This document shows positions 9,646 to 18,818 of a DNA stretch of 64,000 bases, piece by piece; position 1 is the stretch's first letter, and each line of letters starts with the position of its first letter. Below the pieces are notes generated by a model that worked only from the letters and a program-made list of their open reading frames with translations, did no database searches and had not been told where the DNA came from. Position numbers and translations under genes: made by a program. The stretch is from the IMG/VR virus record IMGVR_UViG_3300046003_007892, positions 176,364 to 240,363 of that record; one strand, 5' to 3'.

Positions 9646-10043
9646 CCGAGGCGTCAATCGAATGCCCGACGTGTGGGCGTCGGTCCTGGCACCCCAAGGA
9701 CGTAGAGCACCAGTGGTGCGCCGCGTGTGAACGGTTCCACTGCCTAATGTTTTACCGGACGATGTTCCACATCGTCACCGTCAAGCCCCTGACGTTCATT
9801 TGCCGAATGATCGGAGATGGCCTCATTGACGGCGATCTTGAGGAAGATCGCATCTATACGCCCGCCAGTCATGGAATCCTTCCCCCGGATTCCAGACCCG
9901 GCGACATCTGCACCGCCTATATGAACATCAATGCCGTGCACCGCCACAAACGGTATGATGGGCTCATCCTCCACACCATTGAGCGACAATTCCGCGAGGG
10001 TGAACTACCGACGTGGGAAGACCTCATGGAGTCTGAAACATAA
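9642..10043 (+). CDS. Hypothetical protein with N-terminal CxxC...CxxC zinc-ribbon
   Basis: MTEASIECPTCG...WCAACERFH; ATGA overlap. Confidence 0.6.
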   Translation: MTEASIECPTCGRRSWHPKDVEHQWCAACERFHCLMFYRTMFHIVTVKPLTFICRMIGDGLIDGDLEEDRIYTPASHGILPPDSRPGDICTAYMNINAVHRHKRYDGLILHTIERQFREGELPTWEDLMESET

Positions 10044-10047
10044 TTAC

Positions 10048-10075
10048 TTGACAAGTCATCGCGCTCGGCTATTGT
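10048..10075 (+). promoter_or_regulatory. Sigma70-type early promoter
   Basis: TTGACA-N16-TATTGT. Confidence 0.75.
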
Positions 10076-10095
10076 GCCGCTGAACGGAGGACACA

Positions 10096-10734
10096 ATGGT
10101 TCGCAAGATCACCTATCGGGGTTTCAACATTTCGTTCTGGGACGCGGCTTTTGACGTCTTGGACGAAAATGGCGTCAACGCCATTCCGGGGAATCTGTCC
10201 TTCGAAACCGTCAAGGCGGCCAAGCTCGCCATTGACATTCTTTCTGAGGTTTCCTGCCGCCATGGCGCCGGAACCCCCGAGGCCGTGAAAGAGTTCGACC
10301 GTCGTCACCGCCTGTCCCTGGCCCGCGCCGCGAACGCTGACCGGCTCGCCGAAGCGGCTGAGATCATGCTGCGTTCGGTCTCTGCTGACTTCCACAACGA
10401 CCAGGAGGGCCTCGCCCTGCGGATGGTCTTGCAGGATATCGCCAAGGCCGCCGACCCGCGAGCCACCAGCACGGTGCCGGGCCAGCCGGACAAGATCGCC
10501 TTCTACATCAACGACGATGGCAGCCGGGTTGCGGCCGACGTCGCCTATCCGGTGATCGAGAATGGCTACAAGGACCCCGTCGAGGTCGAGTTCGACGGTC
10601 GCGTCTACATCGTCCGCTTCCGCAACGGTTGCTCGGCCTATTCGATTTCGGCCAAGGATAAATGCGACGTGCCGGTAGATTCGGATGTCACCGGAGCCAT
10701 CGCCGACTTGGCCCGCCCGCTCGCGTGCTGCTGA
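10096..10734 (+). CDS. Hypothetical protein
   Basis: GGAGG RBS, downstream of promoter. Confidence 0.7.
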   Translation: MVRKITYRGFNISFWDAAFDVLDENGVNAIPGNLSFETVKAAKLAIDILSEVSCRHGAGTPEAVKEFDRRHRLSLARAANADRLAEAAEIMLRSVSADFHNDQEGLALRMVLQDIAKAADPRATSTVPGQPDKIAFYINDDGSRVAADVAYPVIENGYKDPVEVEFDGRVYIVRFRNGCSAYSISAKDKCDVPVDSDVTGAIADLARPLACC

Positions 10735-10743
10735 ACTATTTTC

Positions 10744-10771
10744 TTGACAAGTAATGCAGATCGACTAGATT
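10744..10771 (+). promoter_or_regulatory. Sigma70-type early promoter, leaderless transcript
   Basis: TTGACA-N16-TAGATT, ATG 6 nt after the -10 box. Confidence 0.75.
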
Positions 10772-10777
10772 GACGTC

Positions 10778-11356
10778 ATGGCCCTGATTGACCCCCGCCC
10801 CGCACACACTCTTACGGCTCGCGACCGCAGCTATGCTGAAAAGCATGCCGCCTCTGGCGCCAAGATGCCGGTGCCGTGGTTCACCGGGTCCACGATGGCC
10901 CGCCCCCTCACTTTCCTGATCGATCAGATCGAGGAGAACCGCCTGCGTCCCCTTCAGGAGGGCGAACGCTACTGTGGGCCCTTCATTCTGCCGCCCTTCC
11001 AGCGTCCGGCCACGTGGTCGCTCGAACAGAAGGTTGCCCTGATCGAATCCATCTGGGCCGGGCTCCCCATTGGCTCGCTGGTCGTCAACGTCGCTGAGAC
11101 CTATGCCTCGCGCTTCTCGTCCTGGCTGATCGACGGGCAGCAGCGTGCGACCGCCATCACCGAATACGCCGCCGACGCCTTCCCGGTGAACGGATGCCTG
11201 TGGTCCGAACTCGCCGAGGTGGACCGCCGCGTGTTCCGCATGGCGAAGATCATTTCCGTCTATGAGACCAAGTTCGAGGACGAGGACGTCCTCCGCGAGG
11301 TCTACAACCGCCTCGCCTACGGGGGCACCGCCCACACCGAAGAGCAACGGGCGTGA
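10778..11356 (+). CDS. Stand-alone DUF262 (ParB/Srx-fold, GmrS-like) protein
   Basis: LPPFQRPATWS.EQK..LIESI..GLPIGSLVV and WLIDGQQRATAI. Confidence 0.85.
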   Translation: MALIDPRPAHTLTARDRSYAEKHAASGAKMPVPWFTGSTMARPLTFLIDQIEENRLRPLQEGERYCGPFILPPFQRPATWSLEQKVALIESIWAGLPIGSLVVNVAETYASRFSSWLIDGQQRATAITEYAADAFPVNGCLWSELAEVDRRVFRMAKIISVYETKFEDEDVLREVYNRLAYGGTAHTEEQRA

Positions 11357-12147
11357 TGGATAGTCGAGATTATCTCAACGGACTGCTGGATGAGTTCCTG
11401 GCCACTCGTGTATACCCCGAAGCGTCACCGAACTCGGGCGCGTGGCCGGAAGTCAGCAATGCTGATCTGGCTGCCCTGCGAAACATCATCTCATGTATCG
11501 TGGCCCAAAAGTTCGTCTCGGACTCGGCTGGCGACCCCGTAATCCAGTTCGCATTGTGCGACCGCAACAAGGGTCGGCTATTCTCGATTTTGGACCCGAG
11601 GTTTGACGAGAACACCACCACGCCGGTAGAGGTTGCAACGGACCTGTTGCGCCGCGCTGACGATCTCGACCACACCGCCAACAAGATGCGCGAGCGGGCG
11701 CAGCTTGCCATGGAAAACGTCCGCGACCAGTTGGAAGCGCAAGCCGCCGCACGCGAGCCCATCGACACCGTCTACGCGATGATCGAGGCCAAGGCACCAC
11801 TGGACGAAGTTCGTCCCCGCATGGCCGCCATGATGAAGAATGGAGACGTTCGCCGCCAGCTTCCGGCCGACTACGCCATGCTGTCTCGCACGGTCGCCCA
11901 GCATTACGGCAGGGCCTTCGCCGACGACATCAAGGCCATCCAGCGGCTTCTTCTCGACCCCGACCCTGTGCGCCTCATGGCGGCACGGGAACGCATCCTC
12001 CAGCTTCAAATCGATGCCGGGACCGACGTCGCGAAAGAACTCGTCTTCGCCTACAACGACATCCTGCACCCGGCCCGGACAGCGGCCAGGAAAGCGGGGC
12101 TGCCCGTCACCGACGACATCGAATCCATCCACCCGTTTTTTGACTGA
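11353..12147 (+). CDS. Hypothetical protein
   Basis: Overlapping junction with DUF262 gene. Confidence 0.65.
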   Translation: MMDSRDYLNGLLDEFLATRVYPEASPNSGAWPEVSNADLAALRNIISCIVAQKFVSDSAGDPVIQFALCDRNKGRLFSILDPRFDENTTTPVEVATDLLRRADDLDHTANKMRERAQLAMENVRDQLEAQAAAREPIDTVYAMIEAKAPLDEVRPRMAAMMKNGDVRRQLPADYAMLSRTVAQHYGRAFADDIKAIQRLLLDPDPVRLMAARERILQLQIDAGTDVAKELVFAYNDILHPARTAARKAGLPVTDDIESIHPFFD

Positions 12148-12161
12148 AACAAGGAACCAAA

Positions 12162-12395
12162 ATGGCTGAGCCGAAACCGGAACAACTTCTCCATGTCGTC
12201 ATCGGCGGCGAACTCGAAACTCTGACGGCGCCGGTCTTCCGCGACCTGTCCAAGATCGAGTTCGTCGGGGCCTTCCCCAACTACGAGGAAGCCAAGAAGG
12301 CGTGGAAGGCCCGCGCGCAGGCCACGGTGGACAACGCCCACATGCGGTTCTTCATCCTGCACGCTCACCGCCTGATCGACCCGCGCGCGGAATAG
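12162..12395 (+). CDS. DUF4170 family protein (alphaproteobacterial)
   Basis: LLHVVIGGEL, EFVGAFPNY.EA.KAWKA.AQ.TVDNAHMRFFILHAHRL; AAGGA RBS. Confidence 0.8.
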   Translation: MAEPKPEQLLHVVIGGELETLTAPVFRDLSKIEFVGAFPNYEEAKKAWKARAQATVDNAHMRFFILHAHRLIDPRAE

Positions 12396-12427
12396 TCGTC
12401 ACGATACGATAACGGGGTTCCCTATGG

Positions 12428-12433
12428 TAAATA
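12428..12433 (+). promoter_or_regulatory. Putative late promoter TAAATA
   Basis: 4 nt before ATG 12438. Confidence 0.6.
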
Positions 12434-12437
12434 GGGT

Positions 12438-12938
12438 ATGCGGTATATCGATCTCATCTTGGAGAACCATCTCGACGAGTCTCCGCTCGACGATGACGTC
12501 ATCATCCACAATCCGTCTATCGCGGACATCAACAACCTCCGCACTCTAAGTGTGATGAGCCGGGAAGGCGTCCGCGCCATCCTGACGCCGACCGACATGT
12601 ATGTCTGGAACGGTCACTGGATGAGCACCCGTGAGGCCTGCCGGGTGCTCGGCCTCTCACCAGATTACGTTTGTGCTCTGCGGCTTCTCCGCAATGGCAT
12701 CGAATGGGACGTTGACCGCTTCAACAACGGGCGAACGCCCGACGCGAGGTTTGACCTTCGGGAAGAACACGGCATCATCTATCGGAACGTGACCCTGAAC
12801 CGCCTATACGGTCACGACTTCCCCATCCTGGGTGATGACGGTGGTCGGCTATTCGACATCTACGACGAAGAGGAGGGCGGCTTCGGAGTAGATTTCTTCT
12901 TCGATGACGATGACGTCCTGCGCACCGACGACGAGTAG
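12438..12938 (+). CDS. Putative virion-internal protein, NP..LR..YVW module
   Basis: Leader MRYIDLILE; HNPSIADI...VRAIL..TDMYVWNG; paralog of 13262. Confidence 0.7.
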   Translation: MRYIDLILENHLDESPLDDDVIIHNPSIADINNLRTLSVMSREGVRAILTPTDMYVWNGHWMSTREACRVLGLSPDYVCALRLLRNGIEWDVDRFNNGRTPDARFDLREEHGIIYRNVTLNRLYGHDFPILGDDGGRLFDIYDEEEGGFGVDFFFDDDDVLRTDDE

Positions 12939-12939
12939 G

Positions 12940-13236
12940 TCATTCCGATCTTAGCTTGAACTCCGCGAGGTCTCTCCGTACCCAGTCCGCTTCCCCGTGT
13001 TCGAGCCTGATGGTGACGTCATCTGCCGATACGTCCAACTTCAAATGCCATCCCCGCTTACTAGATAGCCACCACAGGCGTCCAATCACGCCCATGTCGT
13101 GAAGAAGACGAACTTGGTGGGCGTCGCAGCGATGATCTCGGTAACCATTTCCGGGATATTCGAATTCAAGTGCCCACATGACCAGCAAGGCTTGTTCGGC
13201 ATGAGTGAACTCGTTGTTCGTGAACGTCGTCGCCAT
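12940..13236 (-). CDS. Hypothetical protein
   Basis: Fills gap between the two paralogs; start MATTFTN. Confidence 0.5.
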   Translation of the reverse strand: MATTFTNNEFTHAEQALLVMWALEFEYPGNGYRDHRCDAHQVRLLHDMGVIGRLWWLSSKRGWHLKLDVSADDVTIRLEHGEADWVRRDLAEFKLRSE

Positions 13237-13252
13237 CCGAATCCTATAGGGT

Positions 13253-13258
13253 AAATAT
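13253..13258 (+). promoter_or_regulatory. Putative late promoter TAAATA
   Basis: 3 nt before ATG 13262. Confidence 0.6.
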
Positions 13259-13261
13259 GGG

Positions 13262-13777
13262 ATGCGCCGCAATATCGATCTCGCTGCAAGTCTCCTCGAA
13301 GGTATTGCCTACCAGGACCACAACTTCGTCATTCTGCAAAACCCGACCGTGGCCGAGATCAAAAGCCTGCGGGGCAAAACCATGGCACCAAACAGCAAGG
13401 ACGGCCTTCGTGCGATTTTGACTGCGACTGACCTGTTCGTCTGGAACGGATACTGGATGACCCACCACGATGCCGCCCAGGTTCTCGGCGTTGCCGAACA
13501 CGCCGACTTGCACCTCAGGGGTAAGCGGATTGACTGGGACGTGGACGCTTTCGAGGGCAACTGGGACACCGAGGGACCGATGGCGGATAGGATGCGGACC
13601 CAGCATGCCATGATCGTCACGCATCCGACGCTGCTCCGCCTATACGGCGGGTCCATCTCCGTAATGGGCACCGACTATACTGAGGGCCCGGACGCCCCGT
13701 TCGACATTTACGATTCGCATGGTGGCGGTCGCGGGTACGAGTTCTTCTACGACGAGAACGACAACCTCAAACGCTGA
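13262..13777 (+). CDS. Putative virion-internal protein, NP..LR..YVW module
   Basis: Leader MRRNIDLAASLLE; QNPTVAEI...LRAILTATDLFVWNG; paralog of 12438. Confidence 0.7.
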   Translation: MRRNIDLAASLLEGIAYQDHNFVILQNPTVAEIKSLRGKTMAPNSKDGLRAILTATDLFVWNGYWMTHHDAAQVLGVAEHADLHLRGKRIDWDVDAFEGNWDTEGPMADRMRTQHAMIVTHPTLLRLYGGSISVMGTDYTEGPDAPFDIYDSHGGGRGYEFFYDENDNLKR

Positions 13778-13778
13778 T

Positions 13779-13963
13779 TGCGACCCGGTGGGGCGCCGTC
13801 CATCTCTGCCCCGCACGCTCTGTGCCGAAGGCGAAACTTTCGGGATACGCATCCCCATCACGAGCATCACGGTTGGTTGAGCCGCCTACTGACTTGCTGG
13901 GCCGACGTCCGAGTATCCCCTCGACCGGGCGGCCACATCGCCAGCTTTCTCCACCGGGTCGCC
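13779..13963 (-). ncRNA. Candidate ~185-nt structured ncRNA of unknown class
   Basis: Perfect 12-bp terminal stem GCGACCCGGTGG/CCACCGGGTCGC (13780-13791 / 13951-13962), internal helices, cUUCGg loop on minus strand, upstream promoter placing +1 at the stem, no credible ORF. Confidence 0.6.
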
Positions 13964-13968
13964 ACTTC

Positions 13969-13997
13969 CGTATAGGGAAAAGATCGTTTTCGGTCAA
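13969..13997 (-). promoter_or_regulatory. Sigma70-type promoter for candidate ncRNA
   Basis: Minus strand TTGACC-N17-TATACG. Confidence 0.6.
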
Positions 13998-14063
13998 CGA
14001 GAAATTAGGCTCCCACTACCCCGTTGAGCTAAAATGAGGCTTCATTTTTGGAATCCTCATTGA

Positions 14064-14393
14064 ATGCTTATTGCGAAGAAACCCGCCGCGAACGACGTCG
14101 TGGCCTTCAAGCTCTCCACCAACCAGGAAGTCGTCGGCAAGATGGTCTCGCTGACCGCCGACGAGATCGTCATCGCTAAGCCGGTCGTGGTCGAACTCCA
14201 TGGTCTTCAGGGCGGTCAGGCCGGTATCGGTTTCGCTCCCTACAGCCTCGCGGCCGATGACGCCGGGCAGTTCACCTACAACCGCAACCACGTCATCTCG
14301 GAGCCGGTCCCGGCCCGTTCGGATATTGCTGCCGCATATCTGAAGGCCACTACCGGTCTTGAAATCGCCAGCGGGTCTTCCCTCCAGGTATGA
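14064..14393 (+). CDS. Conserved phage hypothetical protein, possibly Sm-like fold
   Basis: DVVAFKLSTNQEVVGK...IVIAKP...FAPY pattern; ATGA overlap with next gene. Confidence 0.6.
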   Translation: MLIAKKPAANDVVAFKLSTNQEVVGKMVSLTADEIVIAKPVVVELHGLQGGQAGIGFAPYSLAADDAGQFTYNRNHVISEPVPARSDIAAAYLKATTGLEIASGSSLQV

Positions 14394-15244
14394 CCGAACC
14401 CGTCTGGTATAATTTTGCCCGAGGAAAGTTGGGCGTAAAAGAAACACCGGGCGAAGCAAGCAACTCGCAGATTTTGGGATGGGCTAGGCACGTCGGGGTG
14501 TCGGGATATTACAGGAAAGACAGCATCCCATGGTGCGGTCTCTTCGTCGGCTATTGCATGAAGAGCAGTGGATTTGATGTCCACTCCACACTGCTGAGTG
14601 CAAGAAGCTGGGCCAACTTCGGCCGAGCCCTCGACCGCCCGACTGTCGGTGCCATCATGGTATTCACCCGAACGGGTGGTGGCCACGTCGCCTTCTACGT
14701 TTCCGAAACCGCCACGCACTATCACGTCCTCGGTGGTAACCAGCGAGATCAGGTATGTGTGACCTCGTATCCCAAGTCTCGTCTTCTGGCTATCCGCTGG
14801 CCTACGGGCACCGCCGCGCCGGTCAACTCCAATGTTGAACGCGAAGTAGAAGACGAGGACCAGGGCGACGATTTCGGGTCCGTGATCTCACGTCGAAACG
14901 GCACCATCGGCGGAACAGTCACGTCGGTGAACGCCACCGCCCCCGTAGTCGAAGGCGACGATGGTGGCGGGGGAGGCGGCGGCTCCGGCAATCCTGTCGC
15001 CCGTGTGGGCGATAGATGCACCCATAACGCCGTCATCATCCAGGGTTCTCCGACGATGATGGTAGACGGCAAAGCGGTCGCTCGCGTGGGCGACCAAGTC
15101 AACTGCCCCCAACACGGTATGACCACCATCGTGAGTCCGGCCAGCATCCACAAGGTCGATGGCCAGTCCATCGCCCACGTGGGATCGCTGACCGGATGCG
15201 GAGCCCAGGTCACCGAGGGCTCCCCAACTATGAAAGTACCCTGA
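14390..15244 (+). CDS. TIGR02594-type (NlpC/P60-like) cell-wall hydrolase fused to PAAR domain
   Basis: N-term PWCGLFVGYC, SARSW..FG, GGGHVAFYV, VLGGNQ; Gly linker; C-term VARVGD repeats with C/H Zn ligands and EGSPT. Confidence 0.85.
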   Translation: MTEPVWYNFARGKLGVKETPGEASNSQILGWARHVGVSGYYRKDSIPWCGLFVGYCMKSSGFDVHSTLLSARSWANFGRALDRPTVGAIMVFTRTGGGHVAFYVSETATHYHVLGGNQRDQVCVTSYPKSRLLAIRWPTGTAAPVNSNVEREVEDEDQGDDFGSVISRRNGTIGGTVTSVNATAPVVEGDDGGGGGGGSGNPVARVGDRCTHNAVIIQGSPTMMVDGKAVARVGDQVNCPQHGMTTIVSPASIHKVDGQSIAHVGSLTGCGAQVTEGSPTMKVP

Positions 15245-15540
15245 TGAGTTCATTGATCATAGATCGCGCCAACCCCGACAAGCTGATGATTCAGACGCAA
15301 GCCGAGATCATCAATCGCATGCACAAAGAGAATGCAGACATGCGTCGTGCATATCGAGAGGAGATCGCGGAACTACACGTCCGCATCGCCAATACGGCCG
15401 ATGCAGCGCGATACTACCAACAGATTCAAAACCTCGTGCATCAAGACGACAACGTCCGCTCGGAATGGGAACGCTTCGTCGCCTGCATCAAACTCTTCAT
15501 GGATGACCCCGAGAAGCAATGCCAGCAGGAGGCGTCATGA
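15244..15540 (+). CDS. Coiled-coil protein with W..F...KL motif
   Basis: TGATG overlap; QDDNVRSEWERFVACIKL. Confidence 0.65.
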   Translation: MSSLIIDRANPDKLMIQTQAEIINRMHKENADMRRAYREEIAELHVRIANTADAARYYQQIQNLVHQDDNVRSEWERFVACIKLFMDDPEKQCQQEAS

Positions 15541-15935
15541 GCTTTCTAAGTGGCTCGCCTCCATACAAATATAGCGAAAGACGAGAACGCCCGGAGACCA
15601 GCGAGGTTGAAGACCTTCAGCGCGTCGTCCGAGACATGCAGCGTTTGATCGACAGCCAGGAAATCTTGCTCGTCAAGTATCGAGAAACCGAAACCGAACG
15701 GGCTAGTTTGATTCTTCAGTATTCCGAAGCACACGAAAACTACATGCTCATCCAGCATGCCGTCGAGCAAGACGAGAACGTAAAGGATGCTTGGTTGAAG
15801 TTCATCTCGGCCGTGAAACTCGTCACCGACGACGGAGCAATAGGGGTCACTCATGGCGCCGCAAAACCGTTTTGGACTTTCGGTGCCCCAAAGAAAATCT
15901 ACGACCCCCAGACCGCGATTGGAAAACTGAAGTGA
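15537..15935 (+). CDS. Coiled-coil protein with W..F...KL motif
   Basis: GGAGG RBS, ATGA overlap; [18 protein letters not shown]. Confidence 0.65.
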   Translation: MSFLSGSPPYKYSERRERPETSEVEDLQRVVRDMQRLIDSQEILLVKYRETETERASLILQYSEAHENYMLIQHAVEQDENVKDAWLKFISAVKLVTDDGAIGVTHGAAKPFWTFGAPKKIYDPQTAIGKLK

Positions 15936-15937
15936 GA

Positions 15938-16930
15938 ATGCGTCAACACGTCCTGAAGGGCGAAGAAGCTTACCTGAGCCTGATGGAAGACGTCATCCAT
16001 GATGGCGTTGACCGCGACGACCGCACCGGCACGGGCACCCGTGGTCTGTTCGGCCGCCAAATTCGCTTCGATCTCAACGAGGGATTCCCTCTCCTGACCA
16101 CCAAGAAGGTCTTCCTGCGCGGCATCATCGAAGAACTGCTGTGGTTCCTTCGAGGGTCAACGAACGCCAAGGAACTCGAAGACCTGAACGTCAACATCTG
16201 GAAGTCGTGGGGAGACCCCGAGACCCGAGACCTGGGCCCCGTTTACGGCAAGCAGTGGAGGAGTTGGCAGTCCCCCATATTTCGAGACAAGAAATGGTCT
16301 GGCTTCCCTGAGCCGGTAGCGGGTCAGCCACGAGAAGAAACCGGCGAATCCTATTCGGTGTTGGATACTTTCAAAGAGGTTGACCAGATCACCGATCTCG
16401 TCACTCGCCTGAAGGCAGACCCGAACTCGCGCCGTCACATGGTCGTTGCCTGGAACCCCGGCGAGATCGATCAGATGGCCCTGCCGCCATGTCATTGCCT
16501 GTTCCAGTTCTACGTCGTGCCCCTGACCGAGGCCGAGAAGGGCGCGTGGATGTGCGCCAACGAAGCCGCCATGATCGCCGGAACAGCCGGTCCCGTTCCG
16601 ACTGGTCGCCTGTCCTGCCAACTCTATCAGAGGAGCGCGGACATCTTCCTCGGCGTTCCCTTCAACATCGCCTCCTACGCGCTTCTGACCCAGATGCTCG
16701 CTCAGCAGTGCAACTTCCTCCTCGGAGAGTTCGTCCACACCTTCGGGGACGTCCACCTCTATCACAATCACTTCGATCAAGCTCGTGAGCAACTCGCCCG
16801 CGAGATCGTCTCGAAGAAACCCCAGATGACCATTCGGAAAGCTGACGACATCTTCTCCTACCACGTCGATGACTTCGTTCTCTCCGACTACGAACCCCAC
16901 CCCACGATCAAGGCACCCGTCGCAGTATGA
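15938..16930 (+). CDS. thyA: Thymidylate synthase ThyA
   Basis: [67 protein letters not shown]. Confidence 0.97.
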   Translation: MRQHVLKGEEAYLSLMEDVIHDGVDRDDRTGTGTRGLFGRQIRFDLNEGFPLLTTKKVFLRGIIEELLWFLRGSTNAKELEDLNVNIWKSWGDPETRDLGPVYGKQWRSWQSPIFRDKKWSGFPEPVAGQPREETGESYSVLDTFKEVDQITDLVTRLKADPNSRRHMVVAWNPGEIDQMALPPCHCLFQFYVVPLTEAEKGAWMCANEAAMIAGTAGPVPTGRLSCQLYQRSADIFLGVPFNIASYALLTQMLAQQCNFLLGEFVHTFGDVHLYHNHFDQAREQLAREIVSKKPQMTIRKADDIFSYHVDDFVLSDYEPHPTIKAPVAV

Positions 16931-17448
16931 GAATGACCATCATTGCCGCCATGGACGACAATCGTCTCATCGGCACCAACAACGATCTCCCGTGGCGCAT
17001 CCCCGCCGACCTCAAGCACTTCAAGGCGACCACCACGGGCGGCGTCATGGTCATGGGTGCCAACACCTGGAGGAGCTTCGGAGGCCGGGCTCTACCGAAG
17101 CGCATCTCGATTGTGGTCACCCGCCATCCCGAAGCCATTGAGGTCCGGGAAGAAGATCGCTGCAACGTCCTGGTCCTGTCCTGCATGGAACTCGCCCTCA
17201 CGGTGGCGAAGGCGTATGCGGCCGATCAGGGACACGAGGAATATTTCGTAATCGGTGGCGCGAACATCTATGAACAACTCATAGACCGTGCTGACCGAAT
17301 GGTCCTGACGCGCGTCCATGGCACCCACGCGGGCGACAAATACTTCCCGGAGATCGGGGACAACTGGGTCGCCGAAATCTACAACGGCCTCGAACTCGTC
17401 GAGGACAACGGCTTCACCTTTACGGTGCTTGATTACCGGAGACCCTGA
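16927..17448 (+). CDS. folA: Dihydrofolate reductase
   Basis: [46 protein letters not shown]. Confidence 0.95.
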   Translation: MRMTIIAAMDDNRLIGTNNDLPWRIPADLKHFKATTTGGVMVMGANTWRSFGGRALPKRISIVVTRHPEAIEVREEDRCNVLVLSCMELALTVAKAYAADQGHEEYFVIGGANIYEQLIDRADRMVLTRVHGTHAGDKYFPEIGDNWVAEIYNGLELVEDNGFTFTVLDYRRP

Positions 17449-18026
17449 TGCCCATCTATGAACGACATGCTTTCGACCCAACGGCTTTCATGTCGGGCCA
17501 GATGCTCTCCAAGGTATGGCTCTGCGAGGAGCTAGAGGAAGTCGCGGCACCTGACGTTCCGTTTACTATATGGATTTTGGGCGGCTGGTACGCGACGACC
17601 AACTTCCTCTTGCGGTCGCGCGGTAAGCTGCCGATCAAGAACGTGCTGTCGTTCGACCTCGACCCAGAGGCAACGCAGGGAGCGAAAATCCTCAACGAGA
17701 CGTCGATCTTCCTCGGGGGCTTCAACGCCATCACGAAGGACGTCAACACGCTCCGCTATCCCAGCCATGGCGGCTCGCCCGATATTGTGATCAACACTTC
17801 TTGTGAGCACATGGAAGATCGGGCGTGGTTCGACAATATACCTGACGGGACGTTGGTGGCTTTGCAGTCCAACAACATGAATCACGGCGATCATACCTCG
17901 GACACCACCTCTCTTGAAGAGTTCGTGGCCGCCTATCCTCTGTCCGTTTACGACATGAGGGGTGCGAAGCATTTCGAATATGCGGATTGGTCGTTCGACC
18001 GCTACATGGTCATTGGTGAAAAATGA
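17448..18026 (+). CDS. Class I SAM-dependent methyltransferase-like protein
   Basis: WILGGWYA Gly loop, SFDLDPEA acidic strand 2, DIVINTSCEHM, LQSNN. Confidence 0.65.
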   Translation: MPIYERHAFDPTAFMSGQMLSKVWLCEELEEVAAPDVPFTIWILGGWYATTNFLLRSRGKLPIKNVLSFDLDPEATQGAKILNETSIFLGGFNAITKDVNTLRYPSHGGSPDIVINTSCEHMEDRAWFDNIPDGTLVALQSNNMNHGDHTSDTTSLEEFVAAYPLSVYDMRGAKHFEYADWSFDRYMVIGEK

Positions 18027-18376
18027 GCAATTTTGTTGATGCGCTCGACGATTTCGCCATGCACGCAAAGCTGCATGGGGTTGAATGGGTAGATGCTTTC
18101 GAAGGACTCAGATCGTCGGCCAAGATAGTTAAGTTGCAGCCGGGCACCATGGAGAAAGGTTTCGTTCACGGCCGAGCCGTTAAGGCCACCATGGAAATAT
18201 TCGGACATCGGGAATACAGTGAACAGTATACCAACGACTTGGGTAAAATATTGCTCGCTGGTCAACTTGGTTTTGACGCCAGTAAGGGTGCTGTTCACTC
18301 GGAAGAAATTGTCAGCCGATGGAAAAAAGTGATTGAGTTGGAACCGTCTCTGTCTAGCGTGTGGGACCCATCGTGA
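18023..18376 (+). CDS. Hypothetical protein
   Basis: ATGA overlap. Confidence 0.55.
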   Translation: MSNFVDALDDFAMHAKLHGVEWVDAFEGLRSSAKIVKLQPGTMEKGFVHGRAVKATMEIFGHREYSEQYTNDLGKILLAGQLGFDASKGAVHSEEIVSRWKKVIELEPSLSSVWDPS

Positions 18377-18783
18377 TCTCCGATAAGGACCGGACCTTCT
18401 ACCTCGACGTTGCTCACCGGGCGGCGCAGAGATCAGTCGCAGAGCGGCTCCAGGTCGGTGCCGTCATCGTCTCGGTCGATCACGTTAACGCTGTGGGGTA
18501 CAACGGTACGCCTGCCGGATGGGACAACGACTGCGAGGACGCAGACGGCCTGACCAAGCCTGAGGTCATCCACGCCGAGATGAACGCGCTGGCGAAGTTC
18601 CAGAACAGTGGCCTATCGCCGAAGGGGAGCACGATGTTCATCACCCACGCGCCCTGCATCGAATGCTCGAAGGCGATGTTCCTGGCGGGCGTCAGGGCTG
18701 TCTACTATGCTAAGGATTATCGGAGCATGACCGGCCCCGAGTTCCTCCGTAAGGCCAAGATCGACGTCATCAAGCAAGAATAA
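18373..18783 (+). CDS. dCMP deaminase (ComEB-like)
   Basis: QVGAVIV, GYNGTPAG.DNDCE, HAEMNAL, THAPCIECSK. Confidence 0.92.
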   Translation: MISDKDRTFYLDVAHRAAQRSVAERLQVGAVIVSVDHVNAVGYNGTPAGWDNDCEDADGLTKPEVIHAEMNALAKFQNSGLSPKGSTMFITHAPCIECSKAMFLAGVRAVYYAKDYRSMTGPEFLRKAKIDVIKQE

Positions 18784-18784
18784 C

Positions 18785-18812
18785 TGGACAACATTTAAGT
18801 CCGGGCTACCAT
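18785..18812 (+). promoter_or_regulatory. Sigma70-type promoter, leaderless transcript
   Basis: TGGACA-N16-TACCAT, ATG 6 nt after the -10 box. Confidence 0.6.
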
Positions 18813-18818
18813 GCTGGG

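Noticed and set aside
15938-16930. ThyA with two insertions as a possible base-hypermodification enzyme (dCMP hydroxymethylase-like)
   Set aside because: It retains the dUMP-specifying Asn in PFNIASY and is paired with folA, consistent with an ordinary thymidylate synthase.
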